Shown: in pieces, positions 30,554 to 40,306 of the stretch
Position numbering within the stretch: the stretch's first letter is position 1
Layout of the letters: every line of letters begins with the position of its first letter
From: a virus
Lineage: Duplodnaviria; Caudoviricetes
IMG/VR virus record: IMGVR_UViG_3300005841_000939
Strand: one strand, 5' to 3'
Length of the DNA stretch: 64,000 nt
Position numbers and translations under genes: made by a program
The notes under the pieces: model-generated
The model's database searches: none
Seen by the model: the letters and a program-made list of their open reading frames with translations, nothing else
What the model was told of the DNA's origin: nothing

Positions 30554-33500
30554 TTGCCAAGTTTAAGTTACTTGCAAATCCAGCTTGTTTTTCAGAAACA
30601 GTAACAAGACCGTTTCCAGGATTTGGTCCACCACCAGCATAAAATGATTCTAAGAAATCATCTCTAAACATTGGTAGAGCATTACTTACTGTTATTGAAA
30701 TTTTTGCCCAAGAAGGATACGCATATGGAAGACTATACTTATTGTAATAAGCAGTGTCATTTTTAAATGTTTTTGATGCTCTATCAGTCAAACTACCTGG
30801 ATTCATTGGATTAATAAACGTTGTTTGTGGATTATTTGTTTTACTTTTTGATGTGCCAGCATTTTCAAACGCATTTTTAAATGCATCTGAAATAGAATCT
30901 AAGAAACCTTTACTTGCTGCTGCCGCTGCAACACTGTTTCTTACTGTATTTTCCAATTCACCATTTGGTGAAAGTGGATCACCATTGAAGTTGTACCATG
31001 GACCTTGGAATGAGTAATCAACGCTATCAATATAAGCTAACGGGAATGTAAACAATCCCGATGCGTGACGAATGGACATATATTCTGGACGACGAGAAAC
31101 ATAATAACGATAAGGACCAATACCACCATAACGAGAAAATTTATTTTCCAAGTTATCTAACAATTTTCCTGCTTCTTCTGCTTTGACACCAGACGCCAAC
31201 AACAAACTTCTAATACTATCAGGTGTTCCAGCGTTCAATGCTGCTTTTTGAGTTGCTTTACTTGCAGCTTGACCAATATTTGCAAAATTACCACTTGTTG
31301 TTCTCTTTGGATAAGACAATGATGTCAAAAACATAATTGGTCTGAATACATCTCTAATGAAATCATTTTTTGTGAAAAGAACGAAATCAATTGTGATTGA
31401 TTGTTTAGCAGTACCTGAATATGTTGAAATACTTTCAATACGTCGTTGAACAATTGAATTTACACCTTGTTCTTGACCTCTTTGTGAACTACCAAGAACC
31501 GTTGCACCTAATGAAAGCAATGTATCTGCTGTATTAACAGTTCCCAAAACTTGATTAATTGATGATGCAACACGATCTTCATCATTATATGTGTGTTTGT
31601 GAGAGAAATTAAGATAATCACTATTTGTAGGATAAATAGTAAATACACCTAATGTATTGCTCTTTGCTGCGTCAACGTCATTGACAACTAAACCAGCAGA
31701 ATCTGTTGTTGCTTTTGGTGCTGGTGGTGTAATTTCAAAAATATTGAAGTGGACAGCATCACGCGCAACATCCAATGCCCCACGCTTGCCATATGGTGAA
31801 ATACCATTTGCTAATTTGAAATCACCAAGTGAATTCAATGTTGGCATTTGTAAATAAAATGGTGCTCCATTATTAATACCTTCAAATCCAGTATCAGGTC
31901 TTATATTTGAACTTTCTAGTTGTGATGTAACTTGTGTACTACTAAAATTAGCATCAGATACATTACCTGTAATAGTATTATTTCCAAAAACGATATTGCT
32001 TGCAGCATTTGTACCATTTGCATTTAATCTAGCATCTAACTTTTGACTATTTACGCCTGCACCAGCTATTGCTTGTCTTCCGGCTTCAGTTGATGACATT
32101 AATTCTAATTGTGCAGCAGCATCTTTTTGTGTTGCAGCAGCATCATTTGATTTATTAATTGCAGCTTGCACTTTATCCTTATCAGCTTGTGACCAATTCG
32201 CAGATAATGTAGGATCTTGACCTGGATTATTTGTTCTAGCATTATTTTCAGCTATTTTTAATTGTTTTGACAATTCAATTTGTGATTGATCTTGGGCAGC
32301 AACTGAATTATCAAAATCATTTACAACTTTTCTAGCACTTTCTGGTGTTGCTGGAGGTATTGCAGTGTTGTTTAATTGAGCCTGTCCACTTTCAATATTA
32401 TTGATGTCAGATGCATAAACATTTGATGCTTTAGTTATATTATTGCTTGCAGTTTCAGTATTTGCAGAATATGTGTCCAATGCTGCTTGACGATCTATTT
32501 GAACTTGTTGTAATTGTATATCTAATGCTTTTTGTTTTTCTGGATCAGTTTGTTGAGCCTTTTGATTTTGTAAATCTGTCGCTTTAGCATTTAAGTCATC
32601 CAAAGTTTCATTTCTAGCTAATGTTGCGCTATCAATTATTCCTTGATTTCTCTTCAATTCAATGTCATATTCTTGTTGAGCTTGAATTTTCTTTTGATCC
32701 GAAAGACTTTTAATTAACTCATCTTTATTTGGATCAGTTGCATCTACATATCTACCAGCCGCAGAATAATTTCCATTATTTTTATTAACAACAGCACCAG
32801 TAACAAGATCAACTGATTGATCGTTTCTTGGTGAATTGTTTGGCATGTTTCTTTGACGAGTTATTTCATTTGTTTCTGCATCAGCATTCGCAACATTATA
32901 AGAAACGCCAGTATTATTTGGAATAGGTGCGATTTCAGTTGTTGTGAATGAACCAAAATATGAGGTTGATGGAATTTTGCTATCTTGAAAACCATTCAAT
33001 AAATCATTGAGGATAAGTTTTTGCTTATTCTTTTGATCAAGCATAGCATTCAAAATTGCCAATTGAGTTGGATCAGTTGTTACAGAAATCTGCGTTTGTA
33101 ATGTTATTATTTCATCATTTACTTCTGTCAATTGTGTTGAAAGATTTAAATAACGAGCAGGATCATATGGTAATGATGATCGTGTAATTGGGACATCCGG
33201 GCCTGATGCCTGTAAAGCTAATTCTAAACGACGTTCAGCTAAAGCTTTTTCATCTGGTGTTTTTGCAGTGTAAAATGCATCCAAAACTTTTTTACGCATA
33301 ACAACAGTTGACTCTACATCTAATTGGTTTTTGTAACCAACCTTATGAGTAACATTATCAGTAATTGATTGACGAATTGATGTATCAGTTGGCGATAAAC
33401 TTGGAGTATTATCAGTTGGTGTCAATATAGAATTTTTTGCATTTTCAATTTCTTTATTATGCGCTTCAATTGCTGCTGCGAGAGCTTCACTTTGATCTAG

Positions 33501-33980
33501 GTCAAGATTTGCATCATTCAACAAAACAGTTTTTGTTGAATCATTAGGGCCAGTTTGAGTTATTTGATCAACCTTCGCTTGCTTTGTTTGAATATCTGTA
33601 TTGACTTGACCCAACAAAAGATTATTAATACCTTGAATTGCGGTAAATTCAGGAATTGTACCTGTTGGAAGAGTTGCTAAGTAATATTTAACAGTATTTG
33701 GAATTTCAGCTTCATTTTCCCATGGAGTATAAACATTGAGATTTACATCAAAAAGATTTGTTGAATAAAGAAGAGGCTTTGTCAAATTTGCATTTAGGTA
33801 CTTATTAGCAGAATCAACATCTTTTTGAACTAAACGAATTTGATTCTTCAATCCATTACGAATTACTTTACCAGAATCGTTGAAATCATTGTAAGTTGCA
33901 TATTGCTTCTCTAGGTTATATCTTTCTATAACTTTATTAACTGCAAGAATTTGCGCATCTTGTATTGTTAAAAACGCCAT
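30525..33980 (-). CDS. Tail tube initiator/cap (gp48/gp54-like C-terminal domain) with long N-terminal coiled-coil extension (1151 aa)
   Basis: KQSITIDFVLF...IMFLTSLSYP...LAYIDSVDYSF resembles the gp48 fold. First about 700 aa are Q/N/A/D-rich and helical. Confidence 0.6.
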   Translation of the reverse strand: MAFLTIQDAQILAVNKVIERYNLEKQYATYNDFNDSGKVIRNGLKNQIRLVQKDVDSANKYLNANLTKPLLYSTNLFDVNLNVYTPWENEAEIPNTVKYYLATLPTGTIPEFTAIQGINNLLLGQVNTDIQTKQAKVDQITQTGPNDSTKTVLLNDANLDLDQSEALAAAIEAHNKEIENAKNSILTPTDNTPSLSPTDTSIRQSITDNVTHKVGYKNQLDVESTVVMRKKVLDAFYTAKTPDEKALAERRLELALQASGPDVPITRSSLPYDPARYLNLSTQLTEVNDEIITLQTQISVTTDPTQLAILNAMLDQKNKQKLILNDLLNGFQDSKIPSTSYFGSFTTTEIAPIPNNTGVSYNVANADAETNEITRQRNMPNNSPRNDQSVDLVTGAVVNKNNGNYSAAGRYVDATDPNKDELIKSLSDQKKIQAQQEYDIELKRNQGIIDSATLARNETLDDLNAKATDLQNQKAQQTDPEKQKALDIQLQQVQIDRQAALDTYSANTETASNNITKASNVYASDINNIESGQAQLNNTAIPPATPESARKVVNDFDNSVAAQDQSQIELSKQLKIAENNARTNNPGQDPTLSANWSQADKDKVQAAINKSNDAAATQKDAAAQLELMSSTEAGRQAIAGAGVNSQKLDARLNANGTNAASNIVFGNNTITGNVSDANFSSTQVTSQLESSNIRPDTGFEGINNGAPFYLQMPTLNSLGDFKLANGISPYGKRGALDVARDAVHFNIFEITPPAPKATTDSAGLVVNDVDAAKSNTLGVFTIYPTNSDYLNFSHKHTYNDEDRVASSINQVLGTVNTADTLLSLGATVLGSSQRGQEQGVNSIVQRRIESISTYSGTAKQSITIDFVLFTKNDFIRDVFRPIMFLTSLSYPKRTTSGNFANIGQAASKATQKAALNAGTPDSIRSLLLASGVKAEEAGKLLDNLENKFSRYGGIGPYRYYVSRRPEYMSIRHASGLFTFPLAYIDSVDYSFQGPWYNFNGDPLSPNGELENTVRNSVAAAAASKGFLDSISDAFKNAFENAGTSKSKTNNPQTTFINPMNPGSLTDRASKTFKNDTAYYNKYSLPYAYPSWAKISITVSNALPMFRDDFLESFYAGGGPNPGNGLVTVSEKQAGFASNLNLANGVSRANGF

Positions 33981-36709
33981 TACGTAGCTCCTAAAGTACC
34001 ACGCGACAAGTGGTGTAAAGTATATATCTCATATGATTCGGAATAAACATTCTCTTCTATTATATTAGTGATTGATCTTGGCTCTTTTTTATTTGATGCT
34101 TCTAATGCAGTTTGATTTTGTTTTGTAATTGCATCTACGTGCATTCTAATAAATTCTTTACCTTGAACATCTAACGGAAGAATTTTACTTAAATCTTTTG
34201 GAAGAATACCACCAGTTGCCATTTTTTTAGTTTTGTTCATTGATGCTGCACTATTCAATAATTGATCAATAGAATTTGTCAAACGAACGCGAAGATTTTC
34301 ATCATTTATGTTTGTTGTAATTAAGTGATCATAATCAGCATCAATGTATTTCTTTCCAACCAACTTATGACGTTGATCATCGTCTTCAACATATGGAACT
34401 TGAAGCAAATCGGCCAAATCTCGTCTAACTTGTGATTTTACTTGTGCATTACCTGGGAAATTACCATATTCATCAAAATATTGATGCATCATATTACCAA
34501 TTAAATCATCGGTCTTTAATTTACCACCAGGTCCAGAAATTGATGAGAGATTACCTTGATTTAATGTAGATGTTATTCCAGCATTATTTGAAAACTGACC
34601 AGAATCATACACATTACCTAAAGTTTCTTGACCAACAGCAGAAACAGCAGTTAACGCAGCGCCATATGTTATTTTTCTAAGAACACCAATTGGCAAAACA
34701 CGCATCGCAGCTACACCTAAACCACTTATATTTGAAGATAGCTTAGCCAAGCCAATTGCTGTTCTACTATTTGCATCTAAAGGATCAGCATCAAGAAAAT
34801 CTCTGTAAGATGGTGACAATTTCATTTTATCAAGTTCATTTGAAACTGATGCAAGTTGATCAATTGTTGAATCTGAATAATCTTTATCAAATACATATCC
34901 TGCATTTTTTAAACGTGATGCTGTTTCGGTATTGTCTATTACTTTAATATAATCTAATGTACTTTTTATACGGTTTGAAGTCTCATCATTGTATTCAACG
35001 ATTCCACTATTAATTGCACTTAATTGCTCTGTTAACGTTTGAATTGAACTAATACGTTTATTGAATACATCATCACCAACTAAACCTTTTCGTCCAGAAA
35101 TAACATCTGATGCGCCAGAATAAGCTTGCATCTTTGATTCTGATATTGCTTCGCTTGAAATTTTGCCAAAAATAGTTTGTTGCAATTTAGGAAGAATAGT
35201 TTCATCAACTGTTTTCGCAATTGACTCCTTTGACATTCCTTGTTGTTGCATAGAAACGATTTCTCTCTCTAATGCTGCTGTCAATACTTTTTGTTTTTCT
35301 AATTCTAATGTTTTTGAAACCGCATCACCTTGTCCATACATTACAAATCCATATTTTCTCTTCAACGTATTGACAGAGTTTTTCAAAAATGGAAATAAGG
35401 ATGTTGCAGTTACTTCATATCCTAAAAATGAAATTTTAAAGTTTTCTAATTTATTGACAAGCTTTGCTGCTAATGTTTTACCTGGCATTTCTTTTACATA
35501 TTTGACAATAGATGAAAAGACTGAAGCTGAACTATCATACCATTTATCAAATACATCCTTTGTCCATGTATACGCAGACTTTACCCATTTAATGGTGTCA
35601 CCAAGCAATGTACTTGGACCAAACCATTGCGAAAGCATTACTTTCACACGATCAGAAAAATCTGAAAGATATTCTTTTATATTATTTTTTCCAATGTGGA
35701 CATTAATAATCCAATTAAACCCTTCTTTTACACCAGCCCACAACCATTCTGTGAAATCTGCTAACTTATCTGTTGCTTTGTTAAACAAATTTTTCATTGT
35801 TTGATAAATTGGACCCGAAACTAAATCAAATGCTGTTTCAAAAACACGAAACATCGCATACGTTATTCCAACGAAAATTGGAATATTTATAATCCACATT
35901 GAAGGACTAAACAATGTAGTGAAAAGATTTTTGAAATACCATCCAAAGAACGCTTTAGTACCTTTAAGAACCCATGTTCCAGTTGTCTTTAAAGCATCAT
36001 ATGGGAATGAAAGTAATGCTTTTATACCATCGCCAATTAAACTAATAGCTTGCCATCCAGTACCAATTACCCATTTTGCAATTTTTCCAATAGAACCTAC
36101 TGCATTTTTAACAGCAGTCCATGCTGGACCCAAAGAAAAATACATTAATTTATCAGCAATTTTAAATCCAGCTTTAAATGGTCCAAGTAAGAATTTACCC
36201 AAGCATGATGCAATATCAATTATACCTGTCATCAACGATTGTAAACGTGTTGTTGCATAAGATCCAACAGACGAAACAACGCCAGAAATTTTATTTGTAA
36301 ATGAAGAAGCTCTATCAGTTATTGCTTTCCATTTTTCAAGAGATTGTTTTTCTTTTATACCTAATCCAGAAATAGTAAATGGATTGATGGAATCAACTTG
36401 TTTCTTGAGCTTATCAATTAATGTCTTTTTCTTTTTTGGTTTAGGTTTTTCAACTTCTTTTTTCAATTCATCAACATTTTTCAAATTCATTGTTGTGCCT
36501 TGAATAGCCATAAACGTACGAGCCATCAAACCAATTAAATTTTCTTGGAATGCTGATGTTTGTGCATCATCATCAATTTCTTCTTTTAATTCTCTCTCAC
36601 GGATTTTAACATCCGCAATAGTCTTGAGGTCTTTTGTTTTATCAGCGACCATTTTCTTAAACAATAATTTGTTATCTCTATTAGATGATGGAAGATCAAT
36701 GGATGCCAT
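33980..36709 (-). CDS. Tape-measure-like protein B (909 aa)
   Basis: Amphipathic W/F-studded helical repeats, C-terminal MATGGI motif, position after the tail chaperones. Confidence 0.65.
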   Translation of the reverse strand: MASIDLPSSNRDNKLLFKKMVADKTKDLKTIADVKIRERELKEEIDDDAQTSAFQENLIGLMARTFMAIQGTTMNLKNVDELKKEVEKPKPKKKKTLIDKLKKQVDSINPFTISGLGIKEKQSLEKWKAITDRASSFTNKISGVVSSVGSYATTRLQSLMTGIIDIASCLGKFLLGPFKAGFKIADKLMYFSLGPAWTAVKNAVGSIGKIAKWVIGTGWQAISLIGDGIKALLSFPYDALKTTGTWVLKGTKAFFGWYFKNLFTTLFSPSMWIINIPIFVGITYAMFRVFETAFDLVSGPIYQTMKNLFNKATDKLADFTEWLWAGVKEGFNWIINVHIGKNNIKEYLSDFSDRVKVMLSQWFGPSTLLGDTIKWVKSAYTWTKDVFDKWYDSSASVFSSIVKYVKEMPGKTLAAKLVNKLENFKISFLGYEVTATSLFPFLKNSVNTLKRKYGFVMYGQGDAVSKTLELEKQKVLTAALEREIVSMQQQGMSKESIAKTVDETILPKLQQTIFGKISSEAISESKMQAYSGASDVISGRKGLVGDDVFNKRISSIQTLTEQLSAINSGIVEYNDETSNRIKSTLDYIKVIDNTETASRLKNAGYVFDKDYSDSTIDQLASVSNELDKMKLSPSYRDFLDADPLDANSRTAIGLAKLSSNISGLGVAAMRVLPIGVLRKITYGAALTAVSAVGQETLGNVYDSGQFSNNAGITSTLNQGNLSSISGPGGKLKTDDLIGNMMHQYFDEYGNFPGNAQVKSQVRRDLADLLQVPYVEDDDQRHKLVGKKYIDADYDHLITTNINDENLRVRLTNSIDQLLNSAASMNKTKKMATGGILPKDLSKILPLDVQGKEFIRMHVDAITKQNQTALEASNKKEPRSITNIIEENVYSESYEIYTLHHLSRGTLGAT

Positions 36710-36710
36710 G

Positions 36711-39155
36711 TTAGATTAAACCTAATGACCCTTCTGAAAGATTTTTCATATCATACACTGTAATATCTGCTTTTTGTGCATTTCTTCTAAACATTCTAAT
36801 AATTGGTTCAGTCTTTGATTTTTTATTATCTTTTTCTTCTTCCATTTTTGGCATAGTAGAATTAATAAACTTTATACCTTCCATGTTTAATGGAATTACC
36901 ATTTCTGGAAACCCTGCTTCTGCAATTTGAATATCAACTGGCTTAACTGCAACTAAACCATATTGTGCTTTTGATTTACTTAGTAAGTCATAACTTTTTA
37001 GATTATTAAAATCTACATAATTAGATTTTTTACCATATTGATTCAAAATATTTTTTAAATATTGCGCAGCTTCATCTTCAGAAATTTGTTTATTCAAACC
37101 AGATTTTTCCAAGAAATCTCTGTAAGCTCTTACAAATTCTCCTGGTGTCATAGTTTCAATATTTTTTGCCAATTCATTAATACCATCATTTATTGAATAT
37201 GTTTTACTTATCATCGCTGAAATGATGGCCTCATATTTACCATTAACTTGCATTGCTTTATTTGTAGCTATATTCATTATGTCAGTTTGTGCATCAAATT
37301 GTTTCTTAGCCAATTCTTCAAAACCCTTTTTGGTTGAAGTGAATGATAGGTCACGTAATGCTTTTTGTTGATCTAGGAATGCACTAACACGAACGTCAAA
37401 TCTATTTTTCTTAAATGCATCATCCAATTCAGATGCCAATGCTGATGATGCTTCAATAGTTTGTAAATTTCTATCATTTGCAATACGTTGTAAATCTTCT
37501 AGTTCAACTGAACTCTTCAATAATCGTGTTTTATTTGTTGATAGGTAGTTTTCAACTTCTCCCATACGTAAATGAAGAATTTCATTAACAAGACTATCGG
37601 TATTTACATTGATGTTTGATTTTAAGAATCCTTGTAAATCTGCATCATTTGTAAACGAATCTATGTTTTTCATAAACACATTTTCAATAAACTTATTTGC
37701 AGTTGTTTTCAAATTTACTGAAATATTTTCTTGGTTTGGATTTCCACCATAAACATTGAAAAAATCCTCTGTTAATTTGTTTTTCAAGACTGCTTCAAGC
37801 TGATCATTCATCGCATTTTTTAAACCAATACGAATACGACGCTGAGAATCCTCAAATGAATTCTCTTTTACAACTGTATCCTCACTCAACACCATTGTAC
37901 GAATTATATTGTATGTTAGACTCAATTCTTTGATGATGTCCAAATCTTTTAACTGTTGGAAGAAATCAACCATTTTTTTCCAACTTTTTACAATAAATGT
38001 TTTTACATTTGAAAATAAATTCATTAAATCTTTTGAATCCAATCCAGTCCATTTTCCTATAGTGTCATCATAATAACGTTTTATCTTTGCACCAGTAAAG
38101 AAAGAACCAAAAATTGATTTAATTTTGTCTGTAATAAATTCTACTTTATCTGCTAGGTAGGAATAAAATTTTGTTTGTTTAATACTCTTCACAAAATCAT
38201 CAAATTTTTCTTTTACCCACTTCCATCCAGTTGAGAACACTTTACCAAAGAATGGTTGTATTTTTGGCCACAAATAAATATAAGCCACAGTAGCGCCACC
38301 AGCAAGTAAGAACAAACCAGTTGGACTAGTTAAAAAGAATTTGAATGCATCCCCCATGAATCCCACAACAGTTTTCAATGGAGTAACAACAATATAATTT
38401 AATAAGGTTGATGCAACTTTCCAGCCAAACTTTCCTAAACGCATGAGTTTATCAGCAGCATATTCAACAACGCCAATTACAGCATCCTTAACCCATTTTG
38501 CAATTTCCCAAATACTTCCAACTTTTGAAAGTAATGACCAAACTGTTACACCAGGACCATTTAACCAATTGAAAAATCTACTTCCAGTTTTTTCCCAAAA
38601 AGCACAGAATGAACTGTTAGAAATTGATCTTTTTATTTTTCCAAGGGACACTTCTACAGAAGAACCAAATTTTGTCATCAATGAAAACATATATGTTGTT
38701 TTCTTGATAAGAGTATCAGTTGTTTTTTGAGTTATATTTTTGAATGACTTTGTTGTATCAATTGTCTTAGAAATAATTGACTTAGATATTTCTTTTGTCT
38801 TTGTAGAAATAACTTTAGTTGATTTATTTTGTTCATCAATCTTTTTTGTCAAAGCTTGAGATACATAATTAGCATCAGATTGCATTTTCTGTGAATTTTT
38901 ATCTTCAGCAGCTTTTGCATCACGAATCTTTTTAATAAGGTTTTCGGCCCAAGTATCCATATCATCGCGCTGTTTGACGATAATTTCGGTAGTCTTTACA
39001 GCCTCTGCAAAGTCTTTTTGATCCTTCTTTATTTTATCCCAATTTTTTTGAATAGTATTTTCTGATTCGTATTTTTGACGATACAATGATTCCACTATGG
39101 AAAATGCACCTGAAGTTCCACCAGGTAAAGCTAGTTTGTTATAGGAATCAGCCAT
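36711..39155 (-). CDS. Tape-measure-like protein A (814 aa)
   Basis: Amphipathic W/F helical repeats, C-terminal IAEAGFPEMVIPL (GEAGPE-VIPL-type motif), directly after the gp51-like gene. Confidence 0.65.
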   Translation of the reverse strand: MADSYNKLALPGGTSGAFSIVESLYRQKYESENTIQKNWDKIKKDQKDFAEAVKTTEIIVKQRDDMDTWAENLIKKIRDAKAAEDKNSQKMQSDANYVSQALTKKIDEQNKSTKVISTKTKEISKSIISKTIDTTKSFKNITQKTTDTLIKKTTYMFSLMTKFGSSVEVSLGKIKRSISNSSFCAFWEKTGSRFFNWLNGPGVTVWSLLSKVGSIWEIAKWVKDAVIGVVEYAADKLMRLGKFGWKVASTLLNYIVVTPLKTVVGFMGDAFKFFLTSPTGLFLLAGGATVAYIYLWPKIQPFFGKVFSTGWKWVKEKFDDFVKSIKQTKFYSYLADKVEFITDKIKSIFGSFFTGAKIKRYYDDTIGKWTGLDSKDLMNLFSNVKTFIVKSWKKMVDFFQQLKDLDIIKELSLTYNIIRTMVLSEDTVVKENSFEDSQRRIRIGLKNAMNDQLEAVLKNKLTEDFFNVYGGNPNQENISVNLKTTANKFIENVFMKNIDSFTNDADLQGFLKSNINVNTDSLVNEILHLRMGEVENYLSTNKTRLLKSSVELEDLQRIANDRNLQTIEASSALASELDDAFKKNRFDVRVSAFLDQQKALRDLSFTSTKKGFEELAKKQFDAQTDIMNIATNKAMQVNGKYEAIISAMISKTYSINDGINELAKNIETMTPGEFVRAYRDFLEKSGLNKQISEDEAAQYLKNILNQYGKKSNYVDFNNLKSYDLLSKSKAQYGLVAVKPVDIQIAEAGFPEMVIPLNMEGIKFINSTMPKMEEEKDNKKSKTEPIIRMFRRNAQKADITVYDMKNLSEGSLGLI

Positions 39156-39163
39156 ACTTAGGC

Positions 39164-39171
39164 TATTTATA
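39164..39171 (-). promoter_or_regulatory. T4-type late promoter TATAAATA upstream of tape-measure-like A
   Basis: Exact motif 8 nt before the ATG. Confidence 0.75.
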
Positions 39172-39183
39172 TGTTTTTAGTGG

Positions 39184-39438
39184 TTATTTGTGACCACCCA
39201 AATTGCGTAAAGACTTGATTAATGTTTCTAAACCTTTACTTGCAAATTCCATGACAGTCTTGATAAATTCTTGTCTTACACGAATCTTTTCATCGTAATG
39301 TTTACGTAAAGTTGAAAGAATAAAGGGTAATTCATCCGACGACACATCCATTACATCACCATATGTCATGGCACCTTCTGAATAAATTGCGACTTCAAGA
39401 GACTGATTTATGAGTGTTGCAAAATGGTCAGTCGCCAT
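39184..39438 (-). CDS. gp51-like tail/hub assembly chaperone (probable -1 frameshift extension of gp26)
   Basis: MTYGDVMDVSSDELPFILSTLRKHYDE resembles the gp51/TAC C-terminal helix; TAATG overlap with gp26. Confidence 0.65.
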   Translation of the reverse strand: MATDHFATLINQSLEVAIYSEGAMTYGDVMDVSSDELPFILSTLRKHYDEKIRVRQEFIKTVMEFASKGLETLIKSLRNLGGHK

Positions 39439-39469
39439 TACATGATAAAAAAACTGACTACATCTCCCT
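39401..39469 (-). promoter_or_regulatory. Predicted programmed -1 ribosomal frameshift signal
   Basis: AGGGAG (39469-39464), 10 nt, in-phase T TTT TTT (39453-39447), 7 nt, then a predicted H-type pseudoknot (39439-39401). Confidence 0.7.
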
Positions 39470-40232
39470 CTTCTTCATCATTCTGATAAACATCAGATTT
39501 GAATGGGAAGCGAATACGAACACCAAAGTCTAATTCTTCTTTGATATATGTGTCAATTGTTTTTATATCATCTTGAGTAAATGAGTTATTTACGAATTCT
39601 AGCTTTTGCAAGAAATCCATTGGAACTTCTTCCCATTCCTTCGTCTCTTCATTCATCAAGAAACCTTGGCGAATAAGGCCAGCATAAATTCCGTATTTTC
39701 TATCTAAGAATGAAAAGTCTTTTCCTTGAGTTTTCATCCATTTTTCCATGGCCTTTTCATCTTTACGAGTAAACGGTCCATAAACAAATTTAACATTTTC
39801 ACTAACTTTAATTTCACGAATAATTGAATCACCTTTATAATAATCAACTTTCAAGGTATCCAAATCAATTTCAATATCTGAAATAACTTTGTGAGAAATT
39901 GGACATTCGTGACTTATTTTAGCTATTGGTCCGGCAGTTAATTTACGAACTTCCAACAACAAAAATCCACGATCTTGTTGACATAAATCATCAACATCAA
40001 AAGGTTTATCATCAACTTTAATAACAGAATTTTGAAGAATTGTATCAAATGCCTCATTAATTAAATATTCGTCACTCTTTTGTAATGCTTTCAACAAATC
40101 TTTATGATCACGAACCTTCATTGGGATAATTAATGCTTTTGCTCCATTTGACGGTAAAGAACAACTTTTTTGAGGAACGTTTGAATTCTTTTCAATTGTA
40201 AGTTTCTTTTTTAAATCTTGAAATGTTGGCAT
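39438..40232 (-). CDS. gp26: Baseplate hub assembly chaperone gp26-like
   Basis: SLPSNG...PMKVRDHKDLL...DRGFLLLEVRKLTAG...SHECP...IEIDLDTLKV. Confidence 0.8.
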   Translation of the reverse strand: MPTFQDLKKKLTIEKNSNVPQKSCSLPSNGAKALIIPMKVRDHKDLLKALQKSDEYLINEAFDTILQNSVIKVDDKPFDVDDLCQQDRGFLLLEVRKLTAGPIAKISHECPISHKVISDIEIDLDTLKVDYYKGDSIIREIKVSENVKFVYGPFTRKDEKAMEKWMKTQGKDFSFLDRKYGIYAGLIRQGFLMNEETKEWEEVPMDFLQKLEFVNNSFTQDDIKTIDTYIKEELDFGVRIRFPFKSDVYQNDEEEGDVVSFFIM

Positions 40233-40246
40233 TTAGGATATCCGTA

Positions 40247-40284
40247 AATAAAAAGTGGATGGGAGCAATTATACTCCCACCCAC
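40247..40284 (-). terminator. Rho-independent terminator after the sheath-tube operon
   Basis: Minus strand GTGGGTGGGAG-TATAATTG-CTCCCATCCAC (11-bp stem with one G:U) followed by TTTTATTT. Confidence 0.8.
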
Positions 40285-40285
40285 C

Positions 40286-40293
40286 CATTTATA
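40286..40293 (-). promoter_or_regulatory. Late promoter variant TATAAATG abutting the terminator, likely driving gp26
   Basis: One mismatch to consensus, preceded by ACACA, similar to the AAACA seen at other late promoters here. Confidence 0.5.
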
Positions 40294-40306
40294 TGTGTTA
40301 AACCAA

